Below, piece by piece: positions 35,886-49,770 of a DNA stretch of 64,000 bases. The notes beneath the pieces were generated by a model. It was given only the letters and a program-made list of their open reading frames with translations, had not been told where the DNA came from and did not search any database. The stretch is from Torpedo marmorata (taxonomy: Eukaryota): positions 59,706,001-59,770,000 of the forward strand of contig OZ360225.1 in the NCBI GenBank assembly GCA_977017645.1, written 5' to 3'. The position numbers and the translations under genes were made by a program. The number at the start of each line of letters is the position of its first letter. Positions within the stretch are counted from its first letter, which is position 1.

Positions 35886-38800
35886 TTTAGAACAGCACAT
35901 AAATGATGGGCTGAATGATCTCTTCCTGCATCATAATTTTTCTGATTATGTTGTTCTTTACCAGTAATTAGATCCTTTGGCAACCAATTCTTCAGGAATC
36001 CAAAACAATTTTTAACTACCAGAAGATGAATTGAAATTATTTTTTTCTTTCCTTGGTTGTAACTGATCTCTGCTCACTGTACTCTCTGATGCCACTGTGG
36101 AGAACTCCTAATGTGTGGATGAAGAAAAAAGCAGTCTATTCTATCATAAAAGTTTGCGCGTTGTACTCACTTGCTTAGTGATGCTGTCACATCACAAGCT
36201 GTCAAGCGCCATGCCCCAGGGAGGTAATTCATCCCCAGTTGTATGTGTTAAGTTTACAATATAGTGACGTAAGCATATAGTGTCTGACTCTGAAATGTTA
36301 GTTGGCTTTTGGGTCAGGGTTATATTAAAATGGAAGGGCATAAGACCATGAGAGTATTAAAGAATGTAAATACATAAAAACCCAACCAGTGCTTCATCTG
36401 GTTAATATCATTATTTTGAATTCTCTGCCAGAAGGTTGGCAGAAATCCCTGGTGAAATTACATAAATGGCAGAGTTATTTCCATCCTGCCTTTGGGTGCT
36501 AGAGTGGTCCCACTGATCTTAGGACGAGATGGGGGGAAAAAATCAACGCTCTGTCATTTCTTGTTTTAGTAAATGAATTGAATGAGCTGAATGCTTCTTG
36601 ACACGCATAAGAAAGCACGTTGCTACCTCTACACTGAGGCACTCCTTGTCGCCTACTTCTCTTACTTCGCTTTGCTGACTGGCCTTCATAGCTCACCAGT
36701 TGCCTCTTTGAAACATTCTGCTTGCTTCTGCTCCTTGGAATTTTTTTATTGTGTTAAATAAATAAATACAGAGAAAAGGAAATGGGCAAGAAAACTGTCA
36801 GGTTTCAAACATTACACGAGTGGATGATTTCACACAATATTTAAAATAATTAGCTAACTTCACTCAGCTAAATTCAAGCTCTTTGACTGCCAAAGACAAT
36901 AAAAGAGTCTTTAACAATTTTAAGTGTGTTTGATAGTCAGAGACATTTTAAAACTATTAAAATGGATCTCCCTATTTAACTGTCCAAAGATTATAAAAAA
37001 AAACAAAATATTTAATTGAAAACCACAAACAAATAATTAAAACATTAAGTATACATTTTCCCATATGGTGTTGTCGCTATCCAAAAGTTTTGCCTCTCTG
37101 TTCAGACACCAGCCCTCCATAGAATGAAGAAGAGAGTAGGGCATGAAGTGAACGAGACTCCCTCATCAGCATAGCCATGCTTTACTGGTGGCCACAATGG
37201 TGAGCCGAGCATTGGGGAGGAGATCCCACATCTACTGTATCTGGAAATCCAAGACTTCCTGAAGGAGGAGCATCCACCCACTGACAGCTCTGTCTGGATC
37301 CAGCCAGCAAAATTCTGCCCATTGTGACAGCATGTAAGTGCCAGGATAGACCGCGGGTGATGGGAATCTGAAACTGGTGGCATTGCCCAAGTCATAAATA
37401 TTGGTCAGGGCATAGTACATCGAACATTACAGCACAGTACAGGCCCTTCAGCCCACAATGTTGTGCCGACCCGTGTAAAACTATTCAATAAGCATCACCT
37501 GCTCATCTTTCAAATAATCCGCCTGTGAGTACACGCTGTTTAACTCTTCATCGAGATGATGGCAGACAGGATCACATGCTCCTCTCCTTGAGCTTGAAAC
37601 TTTCTTATTCAGCTGTAAGACTAAGATGAAAATGAGATTTTAAAAAAAACAGAAGCATCTAATTTTTTTTATTCCTATTCCGGCTCACTAATATAGATGC
37701 AATCATCATCAAAGTGATTCAATAAATATTTTCAATAAGACAGTGCTTGTGTTTCCTTAACATTGTCTCTACTGAGTGCTGATAATGAGAATACTATGTA
37801 CCGTCCCTTTGCATCTGAGTTAAAGAAGAAAAATCATTTCATAATGATGTTCAGCTAAGCATAAAATCAGTTCATCTTAAATCTGGGCTTTCCTTTAAAA
37901 TCTCTAGGGCCAATTCTCATTAGGGCAGTCACGAGGATTCTCCATCTTGCAAATAACTGAATCTGCTTCAGTAATTTCGTGCTTGGGTCTTTGTCTGAAT
38001 ATTTAACTTCACTGATCTGATATCATTCCACAGCCATGAGAATATTTCCTTCCAAACTCACGGAACAAGGACAGGTTCTCCAGTGAAACACATTAAGGCG
38101 CAAAATAGAAATAAGTGGTGATACATTAAGGCCTAGATTCTCCAACATTTTATTGCTCCAAATCACACAAATGCAGTAGGAAATCAAGTCAGGCTTCCTC
38201 CTATCCTTCCAATCTGTGTCTACCTGGCAGTCCCTGTTGTACCCTGGCACCTTCCTCCCCTGCCCCCACTCCCACCTGTGGTATGTGAATGATACTCATT
38301 GATGAAATTACATCTTCTAAAATGCTGCATTCCAATTCCTTGCGTTTTCACGGTTAGTTAACGTGCTGTTCATCACAGAGAGTAAAACAGGAATTTCCTC
38401 GAAATGCTGCAAGGAAACATGATGATGATATTGGGTGTCATGGTAGGAAACAGTTTCATTTGGTGTGATATATGATAGGCCTAAAGAATGAGCACAGAAA
38501 GGATGGCAAATAATCTAGGTTGTATAATGGCAGCAACAATGACTTTCACTTCAATGTTACAAGGAATATTATCAATCTAAAACTGGCAGCAACCTGCATA
38601 AAAGGGCTGATGACCAGGACATCAGTCAAAATGGTAGGTTTAATAGAGTGCATTAAAGGATGAGAGAGAGTTAGCGAGGAATAGAGTTTAGGGAAGGAAT
38701 TCCAGAGCTGAGGGCATAGGCATCTATAGGCACAGCCACAATGAAGGGGTAGTTAACCTCATGATTGAGCAAAAGACCAGAATTAGAGGAGTGATCGCAG

Positions 38801-40239
38801 AAGGTTGCAGAGCTGTAGGAGAAAATTGAGATTTGGAGTTGAGGTCAAGGGCAAGATCATGGCGGGATTTGAAAGCAAGAAGGGATTGTTAAAATCCAGG
38901 CATGGCTTAGCCAGAATCCAAAACAGGTCTGCAGGCACCAGGGTAATAGGTGAATGCCATAGGTGTAATAGGTGAAAGACTCTGCATTTATGAACAATAC
39001 TTCTTAGAGATAGATTTAGATTTAATTATTATCATTAGATTTATTTATTATTTTCATATGAACTGAGATACAGTGAAAAGCTTTCTTCTGGATGTCTTTC
39101 GAAGGTGAGCAAAGAGTTGCCACACTCCGGTGCCACCTTGCAAAAAATAAACAAAAAAAAAAGAAAGAGTGTCCCATTGGAGATGGCGAATGGTGGAGGT
39201 TCAATCCACCTCCTCCAATGTAGCAGCCGTTGCCATAGCCCATTACCTGTCCCCATTGTTCCCGCTGCTCTCCAGTGATGGGAGGGCCTGTGGCCGCTGA
39301 GCTCGAGCTCCTGTATCCAGCTGTCTGCTGTACATTGCACCTCATCAACTGCTGGATCCAGTTAATATGAGACACCTTCATCTTCAATAAAATGAATCAA
39401 ACTTGTAAAGAATATTGTCAACTTGAAATTCACCCCCTTACTGCAGGTTTGTGGCTGGGCCTTGAACTTTGTTTCTGAAATTGAAACTTTGCTAATAAAG
39501 TTTAATATGGTCGCTATTCTAAAGCCAGTTTAGCATTGTCCACAAGAGAATGTATTTCTAGTCATCTGCATTCTGGCACTATATTTCAAATGACTATATA
39601 GCTGTTAATTATATTGCTTCAGTCATTGAATTGAGGCTGCAGTAGGGTGCATAACAGGGTAACCAGCAAACATGTATAGTAGAACAAAACACCAATTCAG
39701 CCGGAAAGTATAGCCTGTGCGATGAATTGAAACTGCATCAACTTTTCTCAGTAAGAGCTAGCTAATTTCTATTCAAGAGTGCAGTGAGTGGAGGAGAGTT
39801 ATTTATAAATTATGTGAATAAAGCCAATCCCAGTCACTTACAGAAATACAATCAATGGAATTATCCAACTATCAGCACTCTTGGATAGCAATGACATTGA
39901 AGCATGTGTGCATCTTTTAAACTCATGGGCAAAATTAAACCAATTCTGTTTTCAGTAAAGGAATCAGAGAGGCATACATAAAAAACTTGCCTGATTGATG
40001 AGATTGCTGTCCAGTAAAGACCAATAGAAGCAAAGGTGAGTCAGCCTCTCTGGTGAGACCATACCTGGAATGATATACCAGCAATAGAGGGAGAGTAACA
40101 AAGCTTCTTATATCTGTCCTGTTAGTCAATGGCTGTGACTGTAATAAAGCAGAGCTTTAATTCATGGAGTGGAAAGATTGTGCTGCGATGAAAAGAAAAA
40201 TTAGGAATTAGAAAAATCACACAGAAAGATGGAGAGTTG

Positions 40240-41445
40240 ACTTTTTCCCTCTCTGGGTTATCTGGAACAAAGGGTCTTGGTTACAAAATAAAGGGTTGGC
40301 CGTTCAGTACTTAGATGAGGAGAAATTTTGTCACTCAGAGGTTAATGAAAATTTGGAATCCCCTACCCAAGGGGTTGTGAGGGCTCATATATTGAGTGCA
40401 TTGAAAAAAAAAGATACCAAGATTTTTAGATATTAAGTGAATCAAAGGATATTGATTTGTTACAAAATCAAACCAGCAACGACAGAAGACGCAATGCAAA
40501 AGGGGTAAAATTGAAATTACTATTTATTAAAGACAATTAAACATATAATTTCACAACAATTAACCCCACTATAAACGTCTATAAACACTATTCTTATCTA
40601 AAAGGTGTGTGTGTGTGTAAAGCCCAGACCATTACCGTCTGTGCCCAACCCTTATGTAAAAATGGAAAAACTTTCCCCAAAAAACCCCAGGTCAGTCATA
40701 AAAAACAAGTCAGTCAAAAAAAAGAATAATACAGTCTACAAAATTCACTCTCTAAGTTCAGGCTTCAAATTCAGCTCTGTGTCTGGTAGAAGTACTTCTG
40801 AATGAACGTTGTAGAGAGACAATGACTGTTTATGCTTACAAATACTTGTTTTCTTCTCTGATGACGTCCCCTTCTTGGGTGTTCATAAGGATTGCGAGTT
40901 CAGATCAGTATACCACTGATTTAGGCGTGTGCTTGAATCTCACAGCTAGTCTCACTGATCTCACACCTGTTCTCCACAGAAGTTGCTTTTCCTCAGAATT
41001 TCTCTGAGACAGGAGGCCACGTGCTATCCTGCCAGTCTTTTCTCTGACTGCACAAGCCTGGATTTGGCTGTGTTCTCTAGCCTCTGCAATTCACAACTGT
41101 CTGCTTCTTGCAGAGATCTGCACCTGCTTTTGCAAAAGTGCAACAAATGTATCTTGTCCACAGTCTGTCTCTCTCTCTCTCTGGTCTCTCTCTGTCTGGG
41201 TACACCAAAAGTGCAACAATGTATCTTGTCTGGGTACACCAAGTGTTGGGGAAGTTAACTCTTTCAGTACCTGGCCCCAGTGTATACTCCAAAAGACTTC
41301 ATCCTTCCTGCTGACCGTCCGCAGTCCAAATGGTCAGTCATGGTCCATAACAGAGTTAATACTGGAAAATTAGCCATGATATTGAGTATTAGAGCAGAAA
41401 CTAAGGGCTGATTGGCCTCCTCCTGCTTCTTTGTTCTTATGTTCC
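40240..41445 (+). mobile_element. Degenerate CR1 3' fragment split by the 40458-41352 insertion
   Basis: GATGAGGAGAAATTTTGTCACTCAGAGG...; resumes with GGGCTGATTGGCCTCCTCCTGC...CTTATGTTC. Confidence 0.6.
40458..41352 (-). mobile_element. Putative solo LTR
   Basis: TGTTA...TAACA ends; minus-strand AATAAA near 40523; imperfect TSD GATT/GAGT; interrupts a CR1 tail. Confidence 0.5.
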
Positions 41446-42726
41446 CCGCCTGTCATCTTAATTCATTTTCATAAACCAATGCCTCTGGACAGTATAAGAC
41501 AAAATACCAACAAAGGAGCTACACACCCAGGGTTAGATCAACTTCAGATCTGTTGAAAAAGGCAAAGAAGCCATTGGAAATGATTCAGAGCAAACCAGGC
41601 TGAACTGGTTTAAATACACAGCCACTGACTAACATGACAGATAGAAATAATCTCCCAGAGCTAGAAAATGCTCTGTTTCATAAAGGCAGGCCAATGGTTT
41701 TTGTAAATATAATGACATCTATAGTAAAAAAAATAACTGTTTAAGTGACTGTAGTACAGCAGAGCCTTATGTACAAATAATGTATCAGGGGCCTGAGTAT
41801 GGGGAGAAGCCTTCTGTGGAGGGCAGCTGGCTGAAACATATCTTCCGCTCGCTGTTTATGATGTAGATTCGAATCAAATGAGACCTGTCATCAACAGTGG
41901 GTATTGTTTTAAATCTGACACTCTTGAATATTTTAGTGTGGATTCTAATAATTAACTGGCATTGAGTTATCAACCCTTCATAATGATTCTCAACCTCCCA
42001 GGATTGGAAGTATGAACAGAGTCCATTGGATGAGATGTTAAACCAAGACCTTCTCCCTTGAGATATTAAAGATCCTTTGCCACTATTCTGGAGAAAAGCA
42101 AGGGACTTTCCTATATATACGGTAATACTGAAAGCATGGTGCTATGCAGTTGAATTTCTGGCAACTCTTATTGATATAAATATAGGGATAGTTGGGAAGC
42201 TAAATTTAAATTGCCAAATTGCTGAACCAATATTTTTCTGTTTTTCAGAATCATTATTAACATGAAAACATGAACAAAATTTGCAGGCTCATTAATACGT
42301 CAATAGTGACTAAGGAATCTTACATAACTGCCATCAGATAATATTTGGGAACAAATTGCAATGGAGATAATAGGTGATCTATAACTTCATCAAAGAAGTA
42401 GTTTTTATCTTTGATGGAGAAGGAAGAGAGAGATAGTAGGGTAAAGTAGCTTTGGGAGGAATTACGGAATTAAGGACTTTGGCAGTCGAAGATGTAGCTC
42501 CCACTGGTGGAACATTTACACCTGGGACTGTGCAAGCGGGAAACAATGGAAGAGCAGTGATCACCAAGGTAACAGAGATATGGAGGTACTCTATCACCCA
42601 GCCACATTTAAAAAAAAAATATTTTATTTAAAATTTTAAATCACTCGATAATACATATTTATAAAATGCAAAATAATCAAAATACATGTGATATATTTTC
42701 ACCCCCCTCCCTCCCTTCCCTCCCTA

Positions 42727-42958
42727 NNNNNNNNNNNNNNNNNNNNNNNNNNNNNNNNNNNNNNNNNNNNNNNNNNNNNNNNNNNNNNNNNNNNNNNNNN
42801 NNNNNNNNNNNNNNNNNNNNNNNNNNNNNNNNNNNNNNNNNNNNNNNNNNNNNNNNNNNNNNNNNNNNNNNNNNNNNNNNNNNNNNNNNNNNNNNNNNNN
42901 NNNNNNNNNNNNNNNNNNNNNNNNNNNNNNNNNNNNNNNNNNNNNNNNNNNNNNNNNN
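42727..42958. other. Assembly gap (N run)
   Basis: Run of n. Confidence 1.
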
Positions 42959-43423
42959 AAAACAACATCTATAAGCTAATTTTATTGTGGAACACAGGTT
43001 CGCCAGTCAGATCTGATATCCAGAGATCTTCAAATCCTTAGACCCACAGTTTTTATATATGGGCTCCATATTTTCAAAAATAAATGATATTTGTTACGTA
43101 AATTATAAGTAATTTTTTCAAGTGGTATACATGAACGAAGTTCTGCATGCCATCTTTCTAACCCTAAATCTACATCAGATTTCCATGTAATAGCAATGCA
43201 TTTCTTTGAAACAGCTAAAGCAATTCGCAAAAATTCTATTTGATACATATTTAATCTCATTTTAATAAAAATTCTTTTAATATCTCCAAACAACAATATC
43301 ATAGGATCCATTGGGAGTGTAATTCTTAATACTTTATCTAAAAACTTTTTAACTTTCAACCAGAAATCATATATCTTTGGACAGAGCCACGTAGAGTGTA
43401 CAAAAGAACCGTCCTCTCTATTA

Positions 43424-44723
43424 AAAAACACAAATGCTGGAGAAACTCAGCAGGTCAAACAATGTCTTTTATGTAGCAAAGGTAGAAATACATAACCGAC
43501 GTTTCGGGCTTGAGCCCTTCATCAAAGTATGAGAAAATGCCGGTAGGCGTCCGAACAAAAGAGTGAGGGGGGAAGGGGGATGGCAAAGGCAGGAGATGAT
43601 AGGTGGAGAAAGGAGGGAGGGGACAGCAGCAAAGAGGGGGAGGAGGGATGGCTAGGTAGCTGGAGAAAAACAGGAAGGACAGGTGAGGGGGGAGGGGGAG
43701 GGGAAGGGAACGACAAGCAGGTTTAGTGGAAAGCAGAAAAGTCAATGTTAATGCCATCTGGCTGGAGAGTGCCGAGACGGAATATGAGATGTTGTTCCTC
43801 CAATTTGCGGGTAGTCTGGGTGGGATAGTACATGAGGCCATGGACAGACATGTGAGTGTGGGAGTGTGACCCGGAATTGAAATGGTTGGCTACTGGGAGG
43901 TCGCTGTTGTTGCGAACGGAGAGGAGGTGCTCAGCAAAGCAGTCTCCCAATCTACGACCGGTCTCTCCAATGTAGAGAAAGCCACAAATGGAGCACCGGA
44001 TGCAGTAAATAAGTTCTCTGGATGTACAAGTGAAGTGTAGTTTCACTTGGAAAGCCTGTTTGGGGCCCTTGACCGTGGTTTGGGGGGAGGTGTGGGTGCA
44101 GGTGTTGCACCTCCTGCGGGCACAGAGGAAGGTGCCGGGGGTGCGATGGGTGGGGAGGGATGAGTGCACGAGTGCTTTGCTGAGCACCTCCTCTCCGTCC
44201 GCAACAACAGCAACCTCCCAGTAGCCAACCATTTCAATTCCGGGTCACACTCCCACACTCACATGTCTGTCCATGGCCTCATGTACTATCCCACCCAGAC
44301 TACCCGCAAATTGGAGGAACAACATCTCATATTCCGTCTCGGCACTCTCCAGCCAGATGGCATTAACATTGACTTTTCTGCTTTCCACTAAACCTGCTTG
44401 TCGTTCCCTTCCCCTCCCCCCTCACCTGTCCTTCCTGTTTTTTTCCAGCTACCTAGCCATCCCTCCTCCCCCTCTTTGCTGCTGTCCCCTCCCTCCTTTC
44501 TCCACCTATCATCTACTGCCTTTGCCATCCCCCTTCCCCCCTCACTCTTTTGTTCGAACGCCTACCGGCATTTTCTCATACTTTGATGAAGGGCTCAAGC
44601 CCGAAACATCGGTTATGTATTTCTACCTTTGCTACATAAAAGACACTGTTTGACCTGCTGAGTTTCTCCAGCATTTGTGTTTTTTACTTCAACCACAGTG
44701 TCCACAGATTTTCGTGTTTTACT
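43424..44723. mobile_element. Inverted pair of PLE 3' ends inserted as one unit
   Basis: Arms 43424-43941 and 44173-44686 are near-perfect reverse complements; 12-bp TSD TCCTCTCTATTA (43412-43423, 44724-44735); GIY-YIG YCIRCSICGFLYIGETGRRL on minus. Confidence 0.92.
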
Positions 44724-45394
44724 TCCTCTCTATTACATCTAAAACATAAACCTGATAATGTCGAATTAAATATCTTTAATTTATTAGGTGTTAAATATAA
44801 TTGATGCAAAATGTTATATTGCACTAACCTATATCTAACGTTAATAATCTTCGTCATACTTTGTTTACATATTTCTTTCCAATGTTCTTCATCTAATGTT
44901 ACATTCAAATCTGATTCCCATTTTAATCTTGATTTATGATTTCCTAAATTAGGCATTTTTCTCTGTAACCATCTATACATTTGTATGTTTGTTGATGTAT
45001 ATCCCCTTGTCCACTAATGGGTCAGAGGAGGAGCAGGCACACTGTGGCCCTGGAAATCTTTCTGACTGTTAATCCTGCTCTCATGATTCACTATGTGCAC
45101 TGACACTGTATAGTACCATCAGTGCACAGCTCCATGACATAGGTGGATGGACATGAGAAGCTTACAACAATTCCTATCCCTGTTGCGGCTGCTGCTTTCA
45201 CCAGTTGAAGTGCTCTGTTGGTAGCATCTTTGGTTTTCAACTGGAATAATGTGGGTTCAAAACTCACTGGGGTTTCATATGAAAATCTGGGCTGATCCTG
45301 CAAGCAGTGGGAATGGGCTCACAGTTGGAGGGTCCAGCTTTCAGGTGCTTTATTAAACTGTCCTCCTGCTTTACACTGGGAAGACTTGGCAACA

Positions 45395-45725
45395 GACTGG
45401 TGCTGCTACCTCAGAGCAAAGGTGAGCAGGTTTGATCCCGTCCTTGGCTGCTGTCTGTGTGGAGCCTTGCTCCTTGTCCCTGTGACCACGTGATTTTCCT
45501 CTGGGTGCAATGGTTTCCTCCTATAATGATGTGTTGTTTGGTAGGTTAATTGGGCACTGTAAGTTGTTCCTAGTGTGACAATGAGTGGTAGATTCTGGGA
45601 ACAGCTGATGAGAATGTGGGGAGAATAACATAATATAGGATTAGTATAAATGATCGACATGGACTCAATGGACAAAAGGCCTATTCCAATGCTATATGAC
45701 ACAATGACTCTACGACTATGATTCT
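45395..45725 (+). mobile_element. Old V-SINE-type SINE
   Basis: GCTGTCTGTGTGGAG...TTTTCCTCTGGGTGC..GGTTTCCTCC core; CTATGA tail. Confidence 0.6.
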
Positions 45726-47076
45726 CTAACCATCCAAGGTTCCTATCCTGCCTTTATCTCTACAATTTCCTGTTGAAAAATGGACATTGAGCAACTTAAA
45801 CTTAAAACTTATACCAGCGTTTGTACAGTTGAGTACTGTTAACATTCATTATCTGGGCTCATAAGAAGAAAGTTCCATCAGAATAGAAGCAAATGTAAAA
45901 TGAAAGAATGAAGTTATTTAACACTGTCCCTGGCAGTGGATTATTTAGTTATGTTTATTCATTTACTCTGGCACATAGTTAATCCAGATTCAAACAAGAT
46001 TTAAAGATGTTTTATGTTATCAAGGTACATTTGTTTGCATTAGCAAGCATTTCCATTTTAATCTGGTTCTGTTTAAAATAAATGTGTTTATTGAACATAA
46101 CCTAGTGTCAATAGGAAACCTGAATGCAGTTGCCCAGGAAACGCAAGACTATATTAGTGATGATCAGACACTATAGATCATCTGTCACCTGTCGACCATC
46201 TCATCCTTCATTGGTTTGAGAGAAGCTGAAAGGTGATGTGGTGCCCCTGACCCAAATGTCTTGAGATTATATCAGACATTACTCAAATCATTACTGGCAG
46301 CAAAACTAAAACCAAGCTCTGGTAAGCAGGTGCTGGGTTAAGGTGTGAAGAGGCATGTGAGTGCCATAAGCTCTTTAAGGACTAGATGGGCCAAACGGCG
46401 TGCTTCTGTGCTGCAAATTCCACATCAAAATGACAGGTAACCTGCTCCAGATCATGCAGATTATGGAACTTTGTGAGTGCAGAAAAGGTGCCCTATCTCC
46501 TCACTTAGAATAGGGAAACCCTTGAAAGCTTTCAAAGCCTAAAGTATGTGAAGTACATTAAGTAAATCCAGAGCCATAAATAATATGCTGGAGGAACTCA
46601 GTCGGTCAAGCATCATCAAGTTTTGATGGAGGGTTCTGGACCAAAACATTGACTATTCTTTTTCTCCCACTGATGCTGCTCGACCCGCTGAGTTCCTCCA
46701 GCTGATTGTTTTTTGCTCCAGATTCCGACATCTGCAGTCTCTCGTGTGTTCCAGGTAAATACAAAGTTCTTTCTTTCTCACCATTCTTCACCAATGTGAC
46801 TTTGCACATTTTAACCCTATTTCTGTACACCTTCCTGATAGTTTCACTGGAAAGGATAGGTTCTTGAGAGGCAGAGCTAGCTCAGAGAGCCAAATGGCCT
46901 GGTCCTCCTCCTATTTTCTATCTCCATATTAGTTAGACGACACATGATATTTATTGATTTATTTATTATTTTCATGTGTACCAAGAGACAATGACAAGAT
47001 CTCTTTTGCTTGCCCTTCAAAGTAAAGAGTCGCCACCCTCCAGTGCAATTTTGCAAAAAAAAGGAGAAAAATAAAT

Positions 47077-49770
47077 GATAGAAAAGGAGGTGGGGTAGCG
47101 TTGTTGATTAGAAAAGAGTTAAACACAATAGAATGGAAGGATATTAGCTTAGAGGATGTGGAATCAATATGGGTAGAGCTGCAAAACACAAAGGAGCAGA
47201 AGACGCGAGTGGGAGTTGTATATAGGCCACCTAACAGTAGTCGAGAGGTTGGGGATGGCATTAAACAAGAAAATGGAAATGCGTGCAACAAAGGTAAGGC
47301 AGTTATAATGGGTGACTTTAATCTACATATTGACTGGGTGAACCAAATTGGTAAGGGTACTGAGGAGGAGGATTTCATAGAATGTATACGGGATAGTTTT
47401 CTAACCCAGCATGTTGAGGAACCAACGAGGGAACAGGCCATTCTAGACTGGGTACTGAGTAATGAGGAAGGGTTAGTTAACAATCTTGTGGTGAGAAGCC
47501 CCTTGGGCAAGAGTGACCACAATATGGTGGAATTTTACATTAGGATGGAGAGTGACAGGGTTAATTCAGTAAAGAAAGGTGACTTTGAGGGTATGAGATG
47601 CAAATTGACTAAGTTAGATTGGCAAATAATACTTAAAGGATTAACGGTAGAAAGGCAATGGCAATCATTTAAAGATCGCCTGGATGAACTACAGCAACTG
47701 TTCATCCCTGTTTGGAAAAAGAATAACTCAAGGAGGGTAGTGCATCCATGGCCAACAAGGGAAATCAGGGAGAGTATCAAATCTAAAGAGGAAGCGTATA
47801 AACTAGCAAGGAAAAACAGTACACCTGAGGATTGGGAGAAATTCAGAGTTCTACAGAGGAAGACAAAGGGATTAATCAGGAAAGGCAAAAGAGATTATGA
47901 GAGAAAGTTGGCAGGAAATATAAAAAATGACTGTAAAAGTTTTTATAGATATGTAAAGAGAAAGAGATTAGTTAAGACAAATGTGGGTCCCTTACAGTCA
48001 GAAACAGGTGAATTGATCATGGGGAACAAGGACATGGCAAACCAATTGAATAACTACTTTAGTTCGGTCTTCACTAGGGAAAACACGAATAATCTTCAGG
48101 AAATAGTTGGGGACCCTGGGTCTAATGTGACGGAAAGACTGAGGGAAATAAATGTAAATCATGAGGTTGTGTTAGATAAATTGAAGGGATGAAAGGCAGA
48201 CAAATCCCCAGGGCCAGATAGTCTGCATCCCAGAGTGCTTAAGGAAGTAGCCCATGAAATAGTGGATACATTAGTGATAATTTTTCAAAACTCTTTAGAT
48301 TCTGGAGTAGTTCCTGAGGACTGGAGGGTGGCTAATGTAACTCCACTTTTTAAGAAGGGAGGGAGAGAGAAAACAGGGAATTATAGACCGGTTAGCCTGA
48401 CATCGGTAATGGGGAAAATGCTGGAGTCAGTTATTAAAGATGTGATTGCGGCACATCTGGAAAGTGGCGGAATCATTGGACAGAGCCAGCATGGTTTTAT
48501 GAAGGGAAAATCGTGTCTGATGAATCATATTGAATTTTTTGAGGATGTAACTAGTAGAGTGGATAGGGGAGAACCAGTGGATGTGGTATACCTGGATTTT
48601 CAGAAGGCTTTTGATAAATAAGGTCCCACACAGGAGATTGGTGTACAAACTTAAGGCACATGGTATAGGGGGTATGGTATTGAGGTGGATATAAAATTGG
48701 TTGACAGATAGGAAGCAAAGAGTAGGAATAAATGGGTACTTTTCAGAATGGTGGACAGTAACTAGTGGGGTACCACAAGGCTCAGTGCTAGGACCCCAGT
48801 TATTTACAATATATATTAATGATCTAGATGAGGGAATAGAAAACAGCATTTCCAAGTTTGCAGACGACACGAAGCTGGGTGACAGTGTTAGCTGTGTAGA
48901 GGATGTTAAGAGGGTGCAGGGTGACTTGGACAGATTGGGTGAGTGGGCAAATGCATGGCAGATGCAATATAATGTGGATAAGTGTGAGGTTATCCACTTT
49001 GGTGGCAAGAATGGGAGGGCTGAGTATTAACTTAATGGTATCCGATTAGGAAAAGGAGAGATGCAAAGAGACCTGGGTGTCGCTGTGCATCAGTCATTGA
49101 AAGTGGGCATGCAGGTGCAGCAAGCAGTAAAAAAAGCGAATGGTGTGTTTGCGTTCATATCAAGAGGATTCAAGTACAGGAGCAGAGAGGTATTGATGCA
49201 GTTCTATAGGGCATTGATGAGACCTCACCTGGAGTATTGTGTTCAGTTTTGGTCTCCTTATCTGAGGAAAGACATCATTGCCATAGAGAGAGAGCAGAAA
49301 AGGTTTACTAGATTGATACCAGGGATGGCGGGACTTGCATATGAAGAGAGGCTGGATCGACTAGGCTTATTCTCGCTGGAATTTAGAAGATTAAGAGGAG
49401 ATCTAATAGAAACGTACAAAATTCTTAAGGGATTGGACAGGCTAGATGCAGGAAGGTTGTTCCCGATGTTGGGGAAGTCTAGAACCAGGGGTCACAGTTT
49501 AAGGATAAAGGGGAAATCTTTTAGGACTGAGATGAGAAAAAAAAATTTCACTCAGAGGGTGGTGAATTTGTGGAATTCTCTGCCACAGGAATTAGTTGAA
49601 GCCGGTTTGTTAGCTATATTTAAGAGGGAGTTAGATTTGGCACTTGTGACTCAGGGGATCAGGGGGTATGGAGAGAGAGCTGATCAGCCATGATCGAAAC
49701 GAATGGCGGTGTAGGCTTGAAGGGCCAAATGGCCTACTCCTACATCTATTTTCTATGTTTCTATGTTTCT
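47077..49770 (+). mobile_element. 5'-truncated CR1 LINE (ORF2 APE endonuclease and RT), few disruptions
   Basis: VYRPP, IMGDFN, SDHN endonuclease; NYRPVSLTS, YLDFQKAFD, GVPQGSVLGP, KFADDTK RT; (CTATGTTT)n tail. Confidence 0.95.

Larger units (their letters stand above)
42620..44980 (-). mobile_element. L1/Tx1-like LINE 3' fragment interrupted by an N gap and an inverted PLE
   Basis: Removing the insert gives CFRCNREDGSFVHSTWLC (C-terminal CCHC); IAITWKS motif; homologous to 60694-61453. Confidence 0.85.
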
